Shown one piece after another: positions 33,881 to 34,147 of a DNA stretch of 34,147 nt. The first letter of the stretch is position 1, and every line of letters begins with the position of its first letter. Location of the stretch: positions 1 to 34,147 of the IMG/VR virus record IMGVR_UViG_3300042503_001676, one strand, 5' to 3'. The position numbers were made by a program, and so were the translations under genes. The notes under the pieces were generated by a model. The model was not told the DNA's origin. It searched no databases and saw only the letters and a program-made list of their open reading frames with translations. This DNA is from a virus. Lineage: Duplodnaviria; Caudoviricetes.

Positions 33881-34147
33881 GGACGATATCGCCGGAGGCA
33901 AGAGCGGCCGCCCATGCCGAAGCCTCCGACAAGGCCTGGCTCGTCCTGCTTGAAATCACGGCGACAGGTCTTTCAACGCCCATCCGTGTCGCCAATGACA
34001 ATGTCGATGTCATCCATCAAGGCTGGACCTTCATTGGCTACCCCTTCGAGGTGGAACTGCCCCCCGAAAGTCAGGACCGCCCGATGATCGCGCGCATCCG
34101 CATCGACAACACGGAGCGGCTGATCGTGGACGAAGTCCGCACCATCA
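33877..34147 (+). CDS. Tail tip protein (DUF1833-like), truncated by the window end; not in the ORF track
   Basis: GTG at 33877 (GTGA overlap); MRTISPEARAAAHAEASDKAWLVLLEIT...PIRVANDN...F.GYPFEVELP...P..RIRIDN, open to the window edge. Confidence 0.75.
   Translation, partial: MRTISPEARAAAHAEASDKAWLVLLEITATGLSTPIRVANDNVDVIHQGWTFIGYPFEVELPPESQDRPMIARIRIDNTERLIVDEVRTI

Larger units (their letters stand above)
127..34147. mobile_element. Lambda-like (siphovirus-type) prophage adjacent to tRNA-Ser; continues beyond the window
   Basis: Ordered integration, regulation, replication, packaging, head and tail modules immediately downstream of a tRNA. The exact attL position is unresolved because attR is outside the window. 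Confidence 0.93.

Noticed and set aside
20283-34147. Gene transfer agent
   Set aside because: The element has an integrase, repressor, replication module, cos site and long tape measure; it is a prophage

Overview
The window begins with a host tRNA-Ser(GGA) (36-126). The left ~34 kb of an apparently intact lambda-like (siphovirus-type) prophage follows and runs off the right edge inside the tail-tip genes. The gene families suggest an alphaproteobacterial host (inference). Modules in order: (1) one cargo gene, then a translationally coupled integration operon (small ORF, DUF2924-like, large serine recombinase, 127-aa ORF); (2) an immunity region with no CI/Cro pair, where an XRE repressor and an ImmA/IrrE metallopeptidase resembling CapH/CapP face a divergent uncharacterised two-gene operon across two palindromic operators; (3) an early operon preceded by helically phased CCTCCC repeats (HTH, AAA_24/Sak4-like, SSB-like, helicase, Cas4-like nuclease, RepB'-type primase-helicase, candidate origin, RuvC-like, late regulator); (4) a lambda-like cosQ/cosN site separated from the terminase by accessory genes (ParB-methyltransferase, DUF3489-like, ParDE toxin-antitoxin); (5) terminase, portal, protease-capsid fusion, and neck and tail genes, including a -1 frameshifted tail chaperone absent from the ORF track. 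The best candidate for an undescribed system is the CapH/CapP-like sensor plus the two-gene module and phased repeats (3773-7454). It reads as a multi-step induction cascade, or alternatively as a damage-inducible defence cassette. All family assignments come from motif recognition by eye; no database searches were run.
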